Source: Candidatus Aenigmatarchaeota archaeon (GTDB lineage Archaea; Aenigmatarchaeota; Aenigmatarchaeia; CG10238-14). Taken from it: a stretch of DNA of 64,000 bases. The stretch is taken from positions 199,628 through 263,627 of the forward strand of contig JAHLMM010000001.1 in NCBI GenBank assembly GCA_018920365.1, written 5' to 3'. Both the position numbers and the translations under genes were made by a program. Numbering within the stretch: the first letter of the stretch is position 1; each line of letters opens with the position of its first letter. The notes below the pieces were generated by a model. It worked only from the letters and a program-made list of their open reading frames with translations. It ran no database searches and was not told the DNA's origin. Shown here piece after piece: positions 10,519 through 18,395 of this stretch.

Positions 10519-11094
10519 ATGAAATTGCACATCTATCTTTTCAGACATGGAAAAACATATTTTAATTTAGCAAAAAGATTTACAGGTTGGAAGGATTCTA
10601 AATTATCTCCAGAAGGGATTAAGAATGCAAAAACGCTGGCAAAAAAAATGAAAAATCTTAAATTTCAAGTTGCTTTCTGCTCATCTTTGTCAAGATCAAA
10701 AGACACTTTGAAATATGTTTTAAAATATCACCCAGAATGTAAAAGAATAATAGTTGATGACAGAATTATAGAAAGGAGCTATGGCAGACTTCAAGGCAAA
10801 TATCACAAGTCAATAATAGAGAAATATGGTCAAAGACAGTTTGATATATGGCACAGATCTTATGCTGTTGCTCCTCCTGGCGGCGAATCGATAAAAATGG
10901 TTGAAAAAAGAGTTAGATCATTCATCAAAGATTTATTAAAAATGATGAAAGAGCAAAAAGTTAATGTTGCAATATCGGCTCATGGAAATTCTATGAGGCC
11001 GTTCAGAAGATATTTTGAGAAATTGACAATAAAAGAAATGATGAAATTAGAAAATCCGTATGACGAATACTTCCATTATACTATAGAGGTTTGA
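10519..11094 (+). CDS. Histidine phosphatase (phosphoglycerate mutase-like superfamily).
   Basis: The catalytic RHG motif (LFRHGKTYFN) is present. A second His occurs in SAHGNSMRPF. Confidence 0.65.
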   Translation: MKLHIYLFRHGKTYFNLAKRFTGWKDSKLSPEGIKNAKTLAKKMKNLKFQVAFCSSLSRSKDTLKYVLKYHPECKRIIVDDRIIERSYGRLQGKYHKSIIEKYGQRQFDIWHRSYAVAPPGGESIKMVEKRVRSFIKDLLKMMKEQKVNVAISAHGNSMRPFRRYFEKLTIKEMMKLENPYDEYFHYTIEV

Positions 11095-13252
11095 ATTTTT
11101 TTATTGTCAAAGAGTTTATAACCACAGAAACAGAGCTAAAAGCCATAGCAACTCCTGCTATCATAGGATTTAACAAAAACCCTGTGAATGGATATAGTGC
11201 ACCAGCTGCTATAGGTATTCCCAATGAATTGTAAAAGAATGCCCAAAACATGTTTTGCTTTATTTTTTTCATTGTTAATTTGCTTAAATTAATAGCATTT
11301 ATTGCATCAAAAAGGTTGTTTTTAACTAGTATTATATCTCCAGTTTCAATAGCAATATCACTTCCAGCGCCTATAGCCATGCTAACATCTGCTCTAGCCA
11401 AAGCTGGTGCATCATTAATTCCGTCCCCAATCATCAAAACTTTTTTTCCTTTTTTTTGTAGCTTCTTTATTTCATTCTCTTTTTCGTTTGGCATAACTTC
11501 AGCTATTACATTGTTTATTCCAAGTTGGCTTGCTATGTAATTTGCAGTTCTAAAATTATCTCCTGTGATCATATAAACCTCCTTTCCATCTTTTTTCAAA
11601 ATTTCCACTACTTGTTTTGCTTCATCTTTTATACTGTCAGAAATGCAAATAAGACCAATTAGTTTTTTGTTCAAAGCTACGAGAAAAACAGTCTTACCTT
11701 GATTTTCAAACTCTTGTATTTTGTTTTCATTTTCTTTAAAATCTATGTTATTGCTATTCATCAAACTCCTGTTACCTACAAATATTTTGATATTTTTGTA
11801 TTTGGAAACAATTCCGTTACCAGGTATATATTTAAATTGAGATGGATTTGGTACTCTGATTCCATTTTCTTCAGCTTTTTTTATTACAGCTTCAGCCAGC
11901 GGATGATCAGAATTTTTTTCGGCAATAGCTGCATAAAGAAGCGTATTATTTTTTCCAAAAGAGATAACGTCAACCACTTCTGGCTTGCCTTTTGTAAGTG
12001 TACCAGTTTTGTCAAAAACAACAGTGTCTATTTTATTCATTTTTTCAATTGATTCAGTGTTTTTTATTAAAATACCCATTTCAGCGCCTTTTCCACTTCC
12101 CAACATTATTGCTGTCGGAGTAGCTAGACCCAATGCACAAGGGCATGCTATTATCAATACAGATATGAAAATGCTTAATGCAAAGTAGAGGCTTTGTGAT
12201 AAAACAAAATACCAAATAAAGAAAGACATGACAGCTATTGAAAAAACAACTGGAACAAAAACAGAACTTATTTTATCAGCAATTTTTTGTATTGGCGCTT
12301 TTTTCGTTTGAGCATCTTCAATCAATTTTATTATCTGATTTATCATAGTTTCTTCTCCTATTTTTGTAGCCTTTAAACGAATGTATCCATTTTTGTTTAT
12401 AGTTCCTCCAAAAACTTCTTGACCTTTTACTTTTTCAACCGGAATACTTTCCCCAGTTAACATTGATTCATCTATTGTTGCATAACCATCAATTATAACA
12501 CCGTCAACAGGTATTTTCATCCCAGGTTTGACTACAATTATGTCGTCTTTTTTGATTAAACTGATATCTATTTCAATTTCTTTACCATCTTTCAATAAAA
12601 TTGCATTTTTTGGTCGTATTTCCATAAGTTTTTTTATCGCATGTGATGCTTTCCCCTTCGTTAGTGCTTCCATCCATTTACCAAGAATAACAAATGTTAT
12701 TATGACAGTTGATGTTTCAAAATAAAGATGATCTCCAAATTTTAATGGATAAAAAAAGGAAAGAACACTGTAGAAATATGCAGCAGAAGTACCAACAGCT
12801 ATCAAGGTGTCCATGCTTGCTTTTCGATTTTTCAATGAATAAAATGCGCCTCTGTAAAATATGTATCCAACAAAAAACTGCACAGGAGTTGACAAGCAAA
12901 GCAATATTATATTTTCATATGGTATTTCAATACCAAACCATTTGAAAGGCATTGATATCAAAAACACAGGTAGTGTAAAAATAATTGAAATTATGAATAG
13001 TTTTTTTAATTTTTTTATTTCATAGTCATTGAAAACATCATCATTTTTTATAACAGAATATCCAAGATTTTCTATAACTTTTGCTATTTTTTGAGGATTT
13101 GTCAGATTTTCATCGTATTCAACAAAAGCTGTTTCTGTAGCTAGGTTTACATTAGCCTTTAATACACCGTTTGAATTTTTAAGAGAAGATTCTATATTTT
13201 GTGAACAGCTTGCACAATGCATTCCTGATATTTTTAGCTTTGCATTTTTCAT
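11081..13252 (-). CDS. copA: Copper-translocating P1B-type ATPase.
   Basis: N-terminal HMA domain (GMHCASCSQNIE). The intramembrane CPC motif is ACPCALGLATP. The phosphorylation site is DKTGTLT. The hinge is GDGINDAPAL. Confidence 0.9.
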   Translation of the reverse strand: MKNAKLKISGMHCASCSQNIESSLKNSNGVLKANVNLATETAFVEYDENLTNPQKIAKVIENLGYSVIKNDDVFNDYEIKKLKKLFIISIIFTLPVFLISMPFKWFGIEIPYENIILLCLSTPVQFFVGYIFYRGAFYSLKNRKASMDTLIAVGTSAAYFYSVLSFFYPLKFGDHLYFETSTVIITFVILGKWMEALTKGKASHAIKKLMEIRPKNAILLKDGKEIEIDISLIKKDDIIVVKPGMKIPVDGVIIDGYATIDESMLTGESIPVEKVKGQEVFGGTINKNGYIRLKATKIGEETMINQIIKLIEDAQTKKAPIQKIADKISSVFVPVVFSIAVMSFFIWYFVLSQSLYFALSIFISVLIIACPCALGLATPTAIMLGSGKGAEMGILIKNTESIEKMNKIDTVVFDKTGTLTKGKPEVVDVISFGKNNTLLYAAIAEKNSDHPLAEAVIKKAEENGIRVPNPSQFKYIPGNGIVSKYKNIKIFVGNRSLMNSNNIDFKENENKIQEFENQGKTVFLVALNKKLIGLICISDSIKDEAKQVVEILKKDGKEVYMITGDNFRTANYIASQLGINNVIAEVMPNEKENEIKKLQKKGKKVLMIGDGINDAPALARADVSMAIGAGSDIAIETGDIILVKNNLFDAINAINLSKLTMKKIKQNMFWAFFYNSLGIPIAAGALYPFTGFLLNPMIAGVAMAFSSVSVVINSLTIKKFKPL

Positions 13253-13674
13253 TTAAATCTCCATATTCCTTTTTCAATATCTGATTTTTTAATTACAACA
13301 TCATTACCCACCAAACTGTTTGGTAAATAACCAGGCCAGCAACCTCCAGAAACCTTGTTTTTACTTCCTAAATCATTTATCAAATACTTGTTACCACAAT
13401 TATTGCAAACTATGTAATTTCCATCTTGACTGTAACCTTTTTTGTTTTTGTAGCATATATCACATGCATCAAATGCTGTTTTTATAGAACTGTCGCTCGT
13501 TTTCACGGCAAAAAATCTTATTTTTATACCATCCTTTTCGTATTCGTACCATCTTGCATTTTCTGTGATTTCTGATTCAGGTATTTTTATGACTTGAGCA
13601 TTTGATGATTCAATGAGATTTTTTGTAAGGAAAAACATTAACAACACAATCAAGGTTAAAACTAGAACTTTCAT
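13249..13674 (-). CDS. Secreted Cys-rich small protein, a candidate periplasmic metal-binding partner of CopA.
   Basis: Signal peptide or N-terminal TM (MKVLVLTLIVLLMFF). Cys clusters are CDICYKNKKGY…CNNCGNKY…GGCWPG. The gene overlaps the copA start by 4 nt. Confidence 0.45.
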   Translation of the reverse strand: MKVLVLTLIVLLMFFLTKNLIESSNAQVIKIPESEITENARWYEYEKDGIKIRFFAVKTSDSSIKTAFDACDICYKNKKGYSQDGNYIVCNNCGNKYLINDLGSKNKVSGGCWPGYLPNSLVGNDVVIKKSDIEKGIWRFK

Positions 13675-13678
13675 TAAA

Positions 13679-14560
13679 TCACCTTATATTACAACCACAT
13701 GATGAAATTCCACAGCTATTTTGAACATTTAAAGAGCTTATGTCATTTTTTTGGTTTTGATTGTCTTCAAATTCAGTTGCTTTGTATGTCCTGAAAACTT
13801 CGATTGATAATATTTCGGATTTTGATATTTTTGTTTGGTCATAAGATATGAAAAAGTAATTTGGAAATTCAAACTTTACATTTTCCACACCATCTAAAGA
13901 TTTTAATTCTTCTGTTATCAATGGTGCATGACCAGAACATGGTATATCTACACTTATTTTCAACACAGGATAGCTACTATATTCAGATGCAGATGCTGTT
14001 GATATATTTGTTAACAGAGGGAAAATAAAAAAGAAAAAAAGAACATTTACACCCAACGTTGATCCGTACATTACAGCAAGATACCCCCATTTTCTTTTTA
14101 TCCCATTAAACGACAGAAACCCGTTATTTTTCAAGTATACAAAAGACGATACTGTCGCAAAAATCAAAGATACTCCTATCAATATATAGAAAAAGTAGGG
14201 GTTCATTAAAATTGGCTTGAAAACATTTACGAAAAACGTTGATCCAATTATTGAAGCGATTACAAATGCGATGCAGCCTAAATGTGGTATTATACCATAA
14301 ATAATACCTTGTTTTATTGAATAACCTTTGCATATGCACGGTTTCTTACCACACACACAATAACCAAGCGATATTATTTTTTTGTTTATTTCTTCAATAT
14401 TGGTTTTATTTTGATCATACACCACTTCAGCAGACTCTGCTCCCAAGTTTACTTTAATTTTCTTCACACCTGGTAATTTAGATACAAAGTTTTCTATATT
14501 TCTAGCACAGCTATTGCAATGCATTCCTTTTATTTTTATCAACTTTTTTTTACCTTTCAT
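13679..14560 (-). CDS. Heavy-metal-associated membrane protein with an HMA–Cys-rich linker–TM–HMA-like–CxxxxCxC architecture.
   Basis: N-terminal HMA domain (KGMHCNSCARNIE). Linker CVCGKKPCICKG. Three to four TM helices follow. A second ferredoxin-like domain carries PCSGHAPLITEELKSLDGVENV. The C-terminus is CGISSCGC. Confidence 0.6.
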   Translation of the reverse strand: MKGKKKLIKIKGMHCNSCARNIENFVSKLPGVKKIKVNLGAESAEVVYDQNKTNIEEINKKIISLGYCVCGKKPCICKGYSIKQGIIYGIIPHLGCIAFVIASIIGSTFFVNVFKPILMNPYFFYILIGVSLIFATVSSFVYLKNNGFLSFNGIKRKWGYLAVMYGSTLGVNVLFFFFIFPLLTNISTASASEYSSYPVLKISVDIPCSGHAPLITEELKSLDGVENVKFEFPNYFFISYDQTKISKSEILSIEVFRTYKATEFEDNQNQKNDISSLNVQNSCGISSCGCNIR

Positions 14561-14574
14561 GCAAAATTATATAA

Positions 14575-14611
14575 TGAAACAACATATCAACAATTGTTTG
14601 AAACTAGTTTC
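14575..14611. promoter_or_regulatory. Cluster of palindromes (AACAATTGTT and GAAACTAGTTTC, flanked by the TGAAAC/GTTTCA pair) in the 69-bp gap inside the copA operon. This is a candidate metal-responsive operator.
   Basis: The 10-bp perfect palindrome is at 14589–14598. The 12-bp perfect palindrome is at 14600–14611. Both lie 30–50 bp upstream of the minus-strand start at 14560. Confidence 0.4.
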
Positions 14612-14629
14612 ATCTAAAATAAATTATAT

Positions 14630-15154
14630 CTAGTAGTTATTTGGTCTATTTTTAATTATTACAATGTTTGTCATTCCCCTTCTTTTTCTTTCAACTATAC
14701 CCATGCCTTCAAGTCTGTCTAGTATTCTTGTAACTTTAACTTTGGAAAATCCTGTTCTTTCAACTAGGTCTGATTGAAAAACAGCACCATCTGATTCAAC
14801 TAATTTTTGAACCAATTGTTTTTCATCATTATTAAGTTTTTTCATTATATCAGTCAAGTCAACTTTTTGCGAATGTTCATGAATTTTAACTCTCTTTACT
14901 TTTGTGACTATTTTTTCTTCTTGACCAAAGAAAATCATATATAAACCTATTATTATTATGAAAACCATTATTCCAATGCTTATGTTTGTCTGAAAATCAA
15001 TCGAACCCCACATTGGGCATTCTGGACCATGCGAACATGAAGTGTTTACTATATCTGTCAAGGCTTTGTTAAAAGAATAAATTATGAAGCCAATAAGTAT
15101 GGCAATTCCAAGTATTATAAATCCAACTATTCTGTTTTTCATAAAACAATTCAA
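14630..15154 (-). CDS. Membrane-anchored winged-helix protein, a candidate one-component metal sensor/regulator.
   Basis: Two TM helices bracket a short loop carrying CSHGPECPMWGS. The C-terminus is a wHTH (QSDLVERTGFSKVKVTRILDRLEGMGIVERKRRG). Confidence 0.55.
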   Translation of the reverse strand: MNCFMKNRIVGFIILGIAILIGFIIYSFNKALTDIVNTSCSHGPECPMWGSIDFQTNISIGIMVFIIIIGLYMIFFGQEEKIVTKVKRVKIHEHSQKVDLTDIMKKLNNDEKQLVQKLVESDGAVFQSDLVERTGFSKVKVTRILDRLEGMGIVERKRRGMTNIVIIKNRPNNY

Positions 15155-15173
15155 TCAACAAAGCTTAAAAAAC

Positions 15174-15482
15174 TTAATAAAAGTTATCTTTTCTTAAAAT
15201 TCTCCAATGATAAATAAATAGTGGCAAACCTACAATCAACATTGATATTGATGATGAAATAGACCTTTGCCTTTCTGATCTTATAGTTTCAATTTGTATT
15301 TTTCTAGTTTGTTCATTTTCACTAATATTTTCAGGAAAATATGTGTATATCATATCGGCATCTTTGAATATGTATGTTCTCAATAATATGTCAACAATTT
15401 TAACACAACTTATCACGACAAGTATTAAACCTATTGCAGAAAATGTATATAGATATATCAATTTTATTATTTCACCTTTCAT
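15174..15482 (-). CDS. Small two-TM membrane protein.
   Basis: There are two hydrophobic helices. The gene lies between the upstream and downstream ORFs with 4–20 bp spacing. Confidence 0.35.
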   Translation of the reverse strand: MKGEIIKLIYLYTFSAIGLILVVISCVKIVDILLRTYIFKDADMIYTYFPENISENEQTRKIQIETIRSERQRSISSSISMLIVGLPLFIYHWRILRKDNFY

Positions 15483-15486
15483 TTAA

Positions 15487-16278
15487 TCACACCCTTGAAA
15501 TTTTATATTCATAATTGCCATCTTTGTTTATATCAACATAATAAAAACTACTGTCAGATAATATTTCAGCATCTATTTTGAATGAATCCAAAGTTTGCTC
15601 TTGTTTTTGCTTCCCGCCATGTGCCCTTTCAAAAGCAGATGTACCATCCTTGCCACACAAGTTAAGTATTGATTTATCGCCACCCGGATGCTTACTTGAC
15701 CAATCAGTTAAATCGTAAGCCTGGTTTCTTATTACTGTTATGCATTTTCCATGCTGATTACATTCTCCTTTGTATTTTACTCTTACATTTGCTGCTGAAG
15801 CGAAACATGAATTAGAATATGTTTTTCCATCATCACCACATACAGGGTCATAAACCTGTATACATACAACATTCTGTTCTTGTCTTGACCTGTTTATAAT
15901 TTCATCATGCTCATTTAGTTTAATTATTATATTTTGTATTATCTCTTGTGATTCTTTTCCTTTCAATGAATTTAACCTTTCAACAAGTCGTGATCTTGCA
16001 TTCTGATAATTTATCCATGCTTTTTCTACAGCATTTGTTTTATTCATAGAGTTGATTTTTTCATATTCCAGTAATTTTTCTTGAACAAATCTTTCTTCAA
16101 GCTCTATTCTTCTCTCTTGATTGAATGTAAATGTTAGTTGAATATTTCTTTTTAACTCTTTAAGAAAATAAAACGGACTATCTGGAAGTATTCCAATGTC
16201 TTGCGCATTAGCAATAGGAAACAACAGAAAAGCTACAATAAAGATTTCTATCTTCATTTTATTCATATTCATGTTCAT
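15487..16278 (-). CDS. Secreted protein with a DUF5667-like N-terminal domain, a Kazal-type domain, and a cytochrome b5-like heme-binding domain.
   Basis: Signal peptide (KIEIFIVAFLLFPIANA). PDSPFYFLKELKR resembles the DUF5667 motif. The Kazal signature is CIQVYDPVCGDDGKTYSNSCFASAANVRVKYKGEC. The cyt-b5 signature is YDLTDWSSKHPGGDKSIL…GKDGTSAFERAHGG (HPGG). Confidence 0.6.
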   Translation of the reverse strand: MNMNMNKMKIEIFIVAFLLFPIANAQDIGILPDSPFYFLKELKRNIQLTFTFNQERRIELEERFVQEKLLEYEKINSMNKTNAVEKAWINYQNARSRLVERLNSLKGKESQEIIQNIIIKLNEHDEIINRSRQEQNVVCIQVYDPVCGDDGKTYSNSCFASAANVRVKYKGECNQHGKCITVIRNQAYDLTDWSSKHPGGDKSILNLCGKDGTSAFERAHGGKQKQEQTLDSFKIDAEILSDSSFYYVDINKDGNYEYKISRV

Positions 16279-16339
16279 ATTAATAAGTTTTAATGATTTT
16301 TATATAATATTTAAATATTCAAGATTATGAATATATTTT

Positions 16340-16603
16340 ATGAAAAAATCTTTATTTGAAATATTGTCAAACCCAACAAGAGTTAAAATAATCAAAGTTT
16401 TGTCAAAAGGAGAGTTGTGCGCATGTGAAATACCATCAAAGGTTGGGAAATCACAGCCTAATATATCACAACAACTCAAACTTCTTACAAAGGCAAAAAT
16501 TTTAAAACCGAGAAGAAAAGGAAAGATGATATTATACAGTCTACTAGACAAAAGAGTCATTGATATTATAGACGTTGCAGAAAGCATCGAGGTGAGTAAA
16601 TGA
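16340..16603 (+). CDS. arsR: ArsR/SmtB-family HTH transcriptional regulator.
   Basis: The text ILSNPTRVKIIKVLSKGELCACEI is the HTH region with the metal/metalloid-binding Cys pair. Confidence 0.8.
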   Translation: MKKSLFEILSNPTRVKIIKVLSKGELCACEIPSKVGKSQPNISQQLKLLTKAKILKPRRKGKMILYSLLDKRVIDIIDVAESIEVSK

Positions 16604-16842
16604 AAATAGAAGTTTTAGGATCTGGCTGTTCAAAATGCAAAAAAATGTATGAGTTAACAAAAATAGCGGCGGAACAACTTAATATAAAAGATAAAGTAGA
16701 ATATATCACAGGGGAAAGTGGAATAAGTAGGATTTTAGAACTTGGTGCAAGCTCTAGTCCTGTAATATCAGTTGATAATAGAGTAGTCATATCTGGTTTT
16801 ACATCTGATATTGAAAAGATAAAAAAAGCTATTAGGCGATGA
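16600..16842 (+). CDS. Thioredoxin-like redox-active disulfide protein 2 family (CxxC).
   Basis: The text MKIEVLGSGCSKCKK…PVISVDNRVVISG is characteristic of the small Trx-fold proteins that accompany DUF318/ArsP permeases. Confidence 0.75.
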   Translation: MKIEVLGSGCSKCKKMYELTKIAAEQLNIKDKVEYITGESGISRILELGASSSPVISVDNRVVISGFTSDIEKIKKAIRR

Positions 16843-16843
16843 A

Positions 16844-17818
16844 ATGGATATTTTTCAACCAATACAAAAATTTGCAGATTTTATTACATTTAATTTAATG
16901 TCGTTGCCTAAAGAAAGTTTTTTTGGGCAAGCAATGAACTATTTTATTTATGATGTAATTAAAATAGGATTACTTTTGGTTTTAATCAATTATATAATGG
17001 CTATAACTAGATACTATTTTCCTACAGAAAAAGTGAAGAAAACATTAACTAAAAGAAGATGGTTTGGTTTTGATTATTTGACTGCAGCTTTGCTTGGAGT
17101 TGTGACTCCGTTTTGCTCATGTTCTTCTATACCACTCTTTATTGGCTTTCTAAGTGCAGGAATACCTCTGGGTATAACATTTACTTTTCTTATAAGTTCA
17201 CCATTAGTAAACGAGGCGTCATTATATTTGTTTCCAGCTTTATTTGGGCTCAAAATAACATTAGTATATAATTTAATAGGGATAACAATTTCAATTTTAG
17301 GTGGAATTTTTATACAATCATTAAAACTCGATAGATATGTTAATAGAGATTTGATGAAATTTAAATCAAGACAACAAATAGAGGACGAAACAAAAAAAAT
17401 GAAATTGAATGATCTTTTGAAGTACTGGTGGGATGATGGTTGGATTATAACGAAACAGGTATTTCCTTATGTGTTAATTGGCGTTGGTTTAGGTGCACTG
17501 ATACATGGATTTGTCCCAGTTAGTTTTGTTGAAAAATATATGGCATATGAGACAGTTTGGTCTATACCAGCAGCTGTATTTTTTGGCGCACCTTTGTATG
17601 CTAATTCTGTTGCAGTAATTCCTATAATGGAAGCTTTGGTTGAAAAGGGTGTTCCTATTGGCACTGCTTTAGCATTTATGACATCAATAGTTACAATATC
17701 TTTACCAGAGATACTCATGCTCAAAAGAGTTATGAAATGGCAGTTGTTATTATTGTTTTTTGGAATAACTGTTTTTGGAATAACTGTTATGGGTTATGTG
17801 ATAAATATTTTGTTTTAA
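16844..17818 (+). CDS. arsP: DUF318-family permease, a candidate organoarsenical efflux permease ArsP.
   Basis: The conserved TPFCSCSSIP motif lies in a TM helix. There are 8+ TM segments. The gene follows arsR and the Trx-like gene. Confidence 0.7.
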   Translation: MDIFQPIQKFADFITFNLMSLPKESFFGQAMNYFIYDVIKIGLLLVLINYIMAITRYYFPTEKVKKTLTKRRWFGFDYLTAALLGVVTPFCSCSSIPLFIGFLSAGIPLGITFTFLISSPLVNEASLYLFPALFGLKITLVYNLIGITISILGGIFIQSLKLDRYVNRDLMKFKSRQQIEDETKKMKLNDLLKYWWDDGWIITKQVFPYVLIGVGLGALIHGFVPVSFVEKYMAYETVWSIPAAVFFGAPLYANSVAVIPIMEALVEKGVPIGTALAFMTSIVTISLPEILMLKRVMKWQLLLLFFGITVFGITVMGYVINILF

Positions 17819-17839
17819 CATAAACTTTAAATAATAATA

Positions 17840-17877
17840 TGAATAATAATTCATTATATGTATTGAATAATAATTCA
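17840..17877. promoter_or_regulatory. Two identical 14-bp palindromic sites (TGAATAATAATTCA) 24 bp apart, a candidate operator.
   Basis: Exact copies at 17840–17853 and 17864–17877. Each is an inverted repeat TGAAT-N4-ATTCA. They lie 16–40 bp upstream of the 17894 ATG. A GGAGGTG Shine-Dalgarno sequence follows. Confidence 0.5.
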
Positions 17878-17893
17878 AAACGGAGGTGTTAAT

Positions 17894-18088
17894 ATGCCAG
17901 GAAGAGACGGAACAGGGCCTTTGGGTCAAGGACCTTTGACAGGAAGAGGTTTGGGTAGATGCAGAAAACATAGAGATATTGCAAATATATCGAGAGAAGA
18001 ACAAAGAAAAATCCTTCAATCTCAGCTTGAACAATTAGAAAGAGAAAAAGAAAATATAATTAGAAAAATAAATGAATTAAAGGATTAA
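17894..18088 (+). CDS. DUF5320-family small protein.
   Basis: Gly-rich N-terminus MPGRDGTGPLGQGPLTGRGLGRCRK. A coiled-coil C-terminus follows. This is the typical architecture of DUF5320, which pairs with DUF134 in bacteria. Confidence 0.55.
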   Translation: MPGRDGTGPLGQGPLTGRGLGRCRKHRDIANISREEQRKILQSQLEQLEREKENIIRKINELKD

Positions 18089-18394
18089 ATGCCGAGACCA
18101 AGAAAATGTAGAAGAATATTTGTTGAACCAGAAGTTACATACTTTAAGCCAGCAGGTATAGGAATGAGAGAATTAGATGAAAATGTATTAACAGTGGATG
18201 AGTTTGAAGCTTTGAGATTATGCGACTTGGATGGACTTGAACAAAATAAAGCAGCCGAAAGTATGAGCATATCTCAACCAACTTTTAATAGACTTGTAAA
18301 TTCAGCAAGAAAAAAAATAGCTGACGCTATTGTTAACGGTAAAGCAATAAAAATTCAAGGAGGAAATTACAAGTTCAAAAGAAAATTTTTATGA
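18089..18394 (+). CDS. DUF134/UPF0251-family predicted DNA-binding protein (sigma-70 region-4-like HTH).
   Basis: N-terminus MPRPRKCRRI…FKP. The HTH is LTVDEFEALRLCDLDGLEQNKAAESMSISQPTFNRL. Confidence 0.65.
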   Translation: MPRPRKCRRIFVEPEVTYFKPAGIGMRELDENVLTVDEFEALRLCDLDGLEQNKAAESMSISQPTFNRLVNSARKKIADAIVNGKAIKIQGGNYKFKRKFL

Positions 18395-18395
18395 A

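Noticed and set aside
11250-12945. Several plus-strand ORFs (11250–11540, 11699–12052, 11985–12188, 12528–12725, 12709–12945) inside copA.
   Set aside because: All are antisense to a well-supported 723-aa P-type ATPase. They have low-complexity translations and no motifs. They are spurious shadow ORFs.
16300-16587. 95-aa minus-strand ORF overlapping arsR.
   Set aside because: It is antisense to a clear ArsR HTH gene. It is a shadow ORF.
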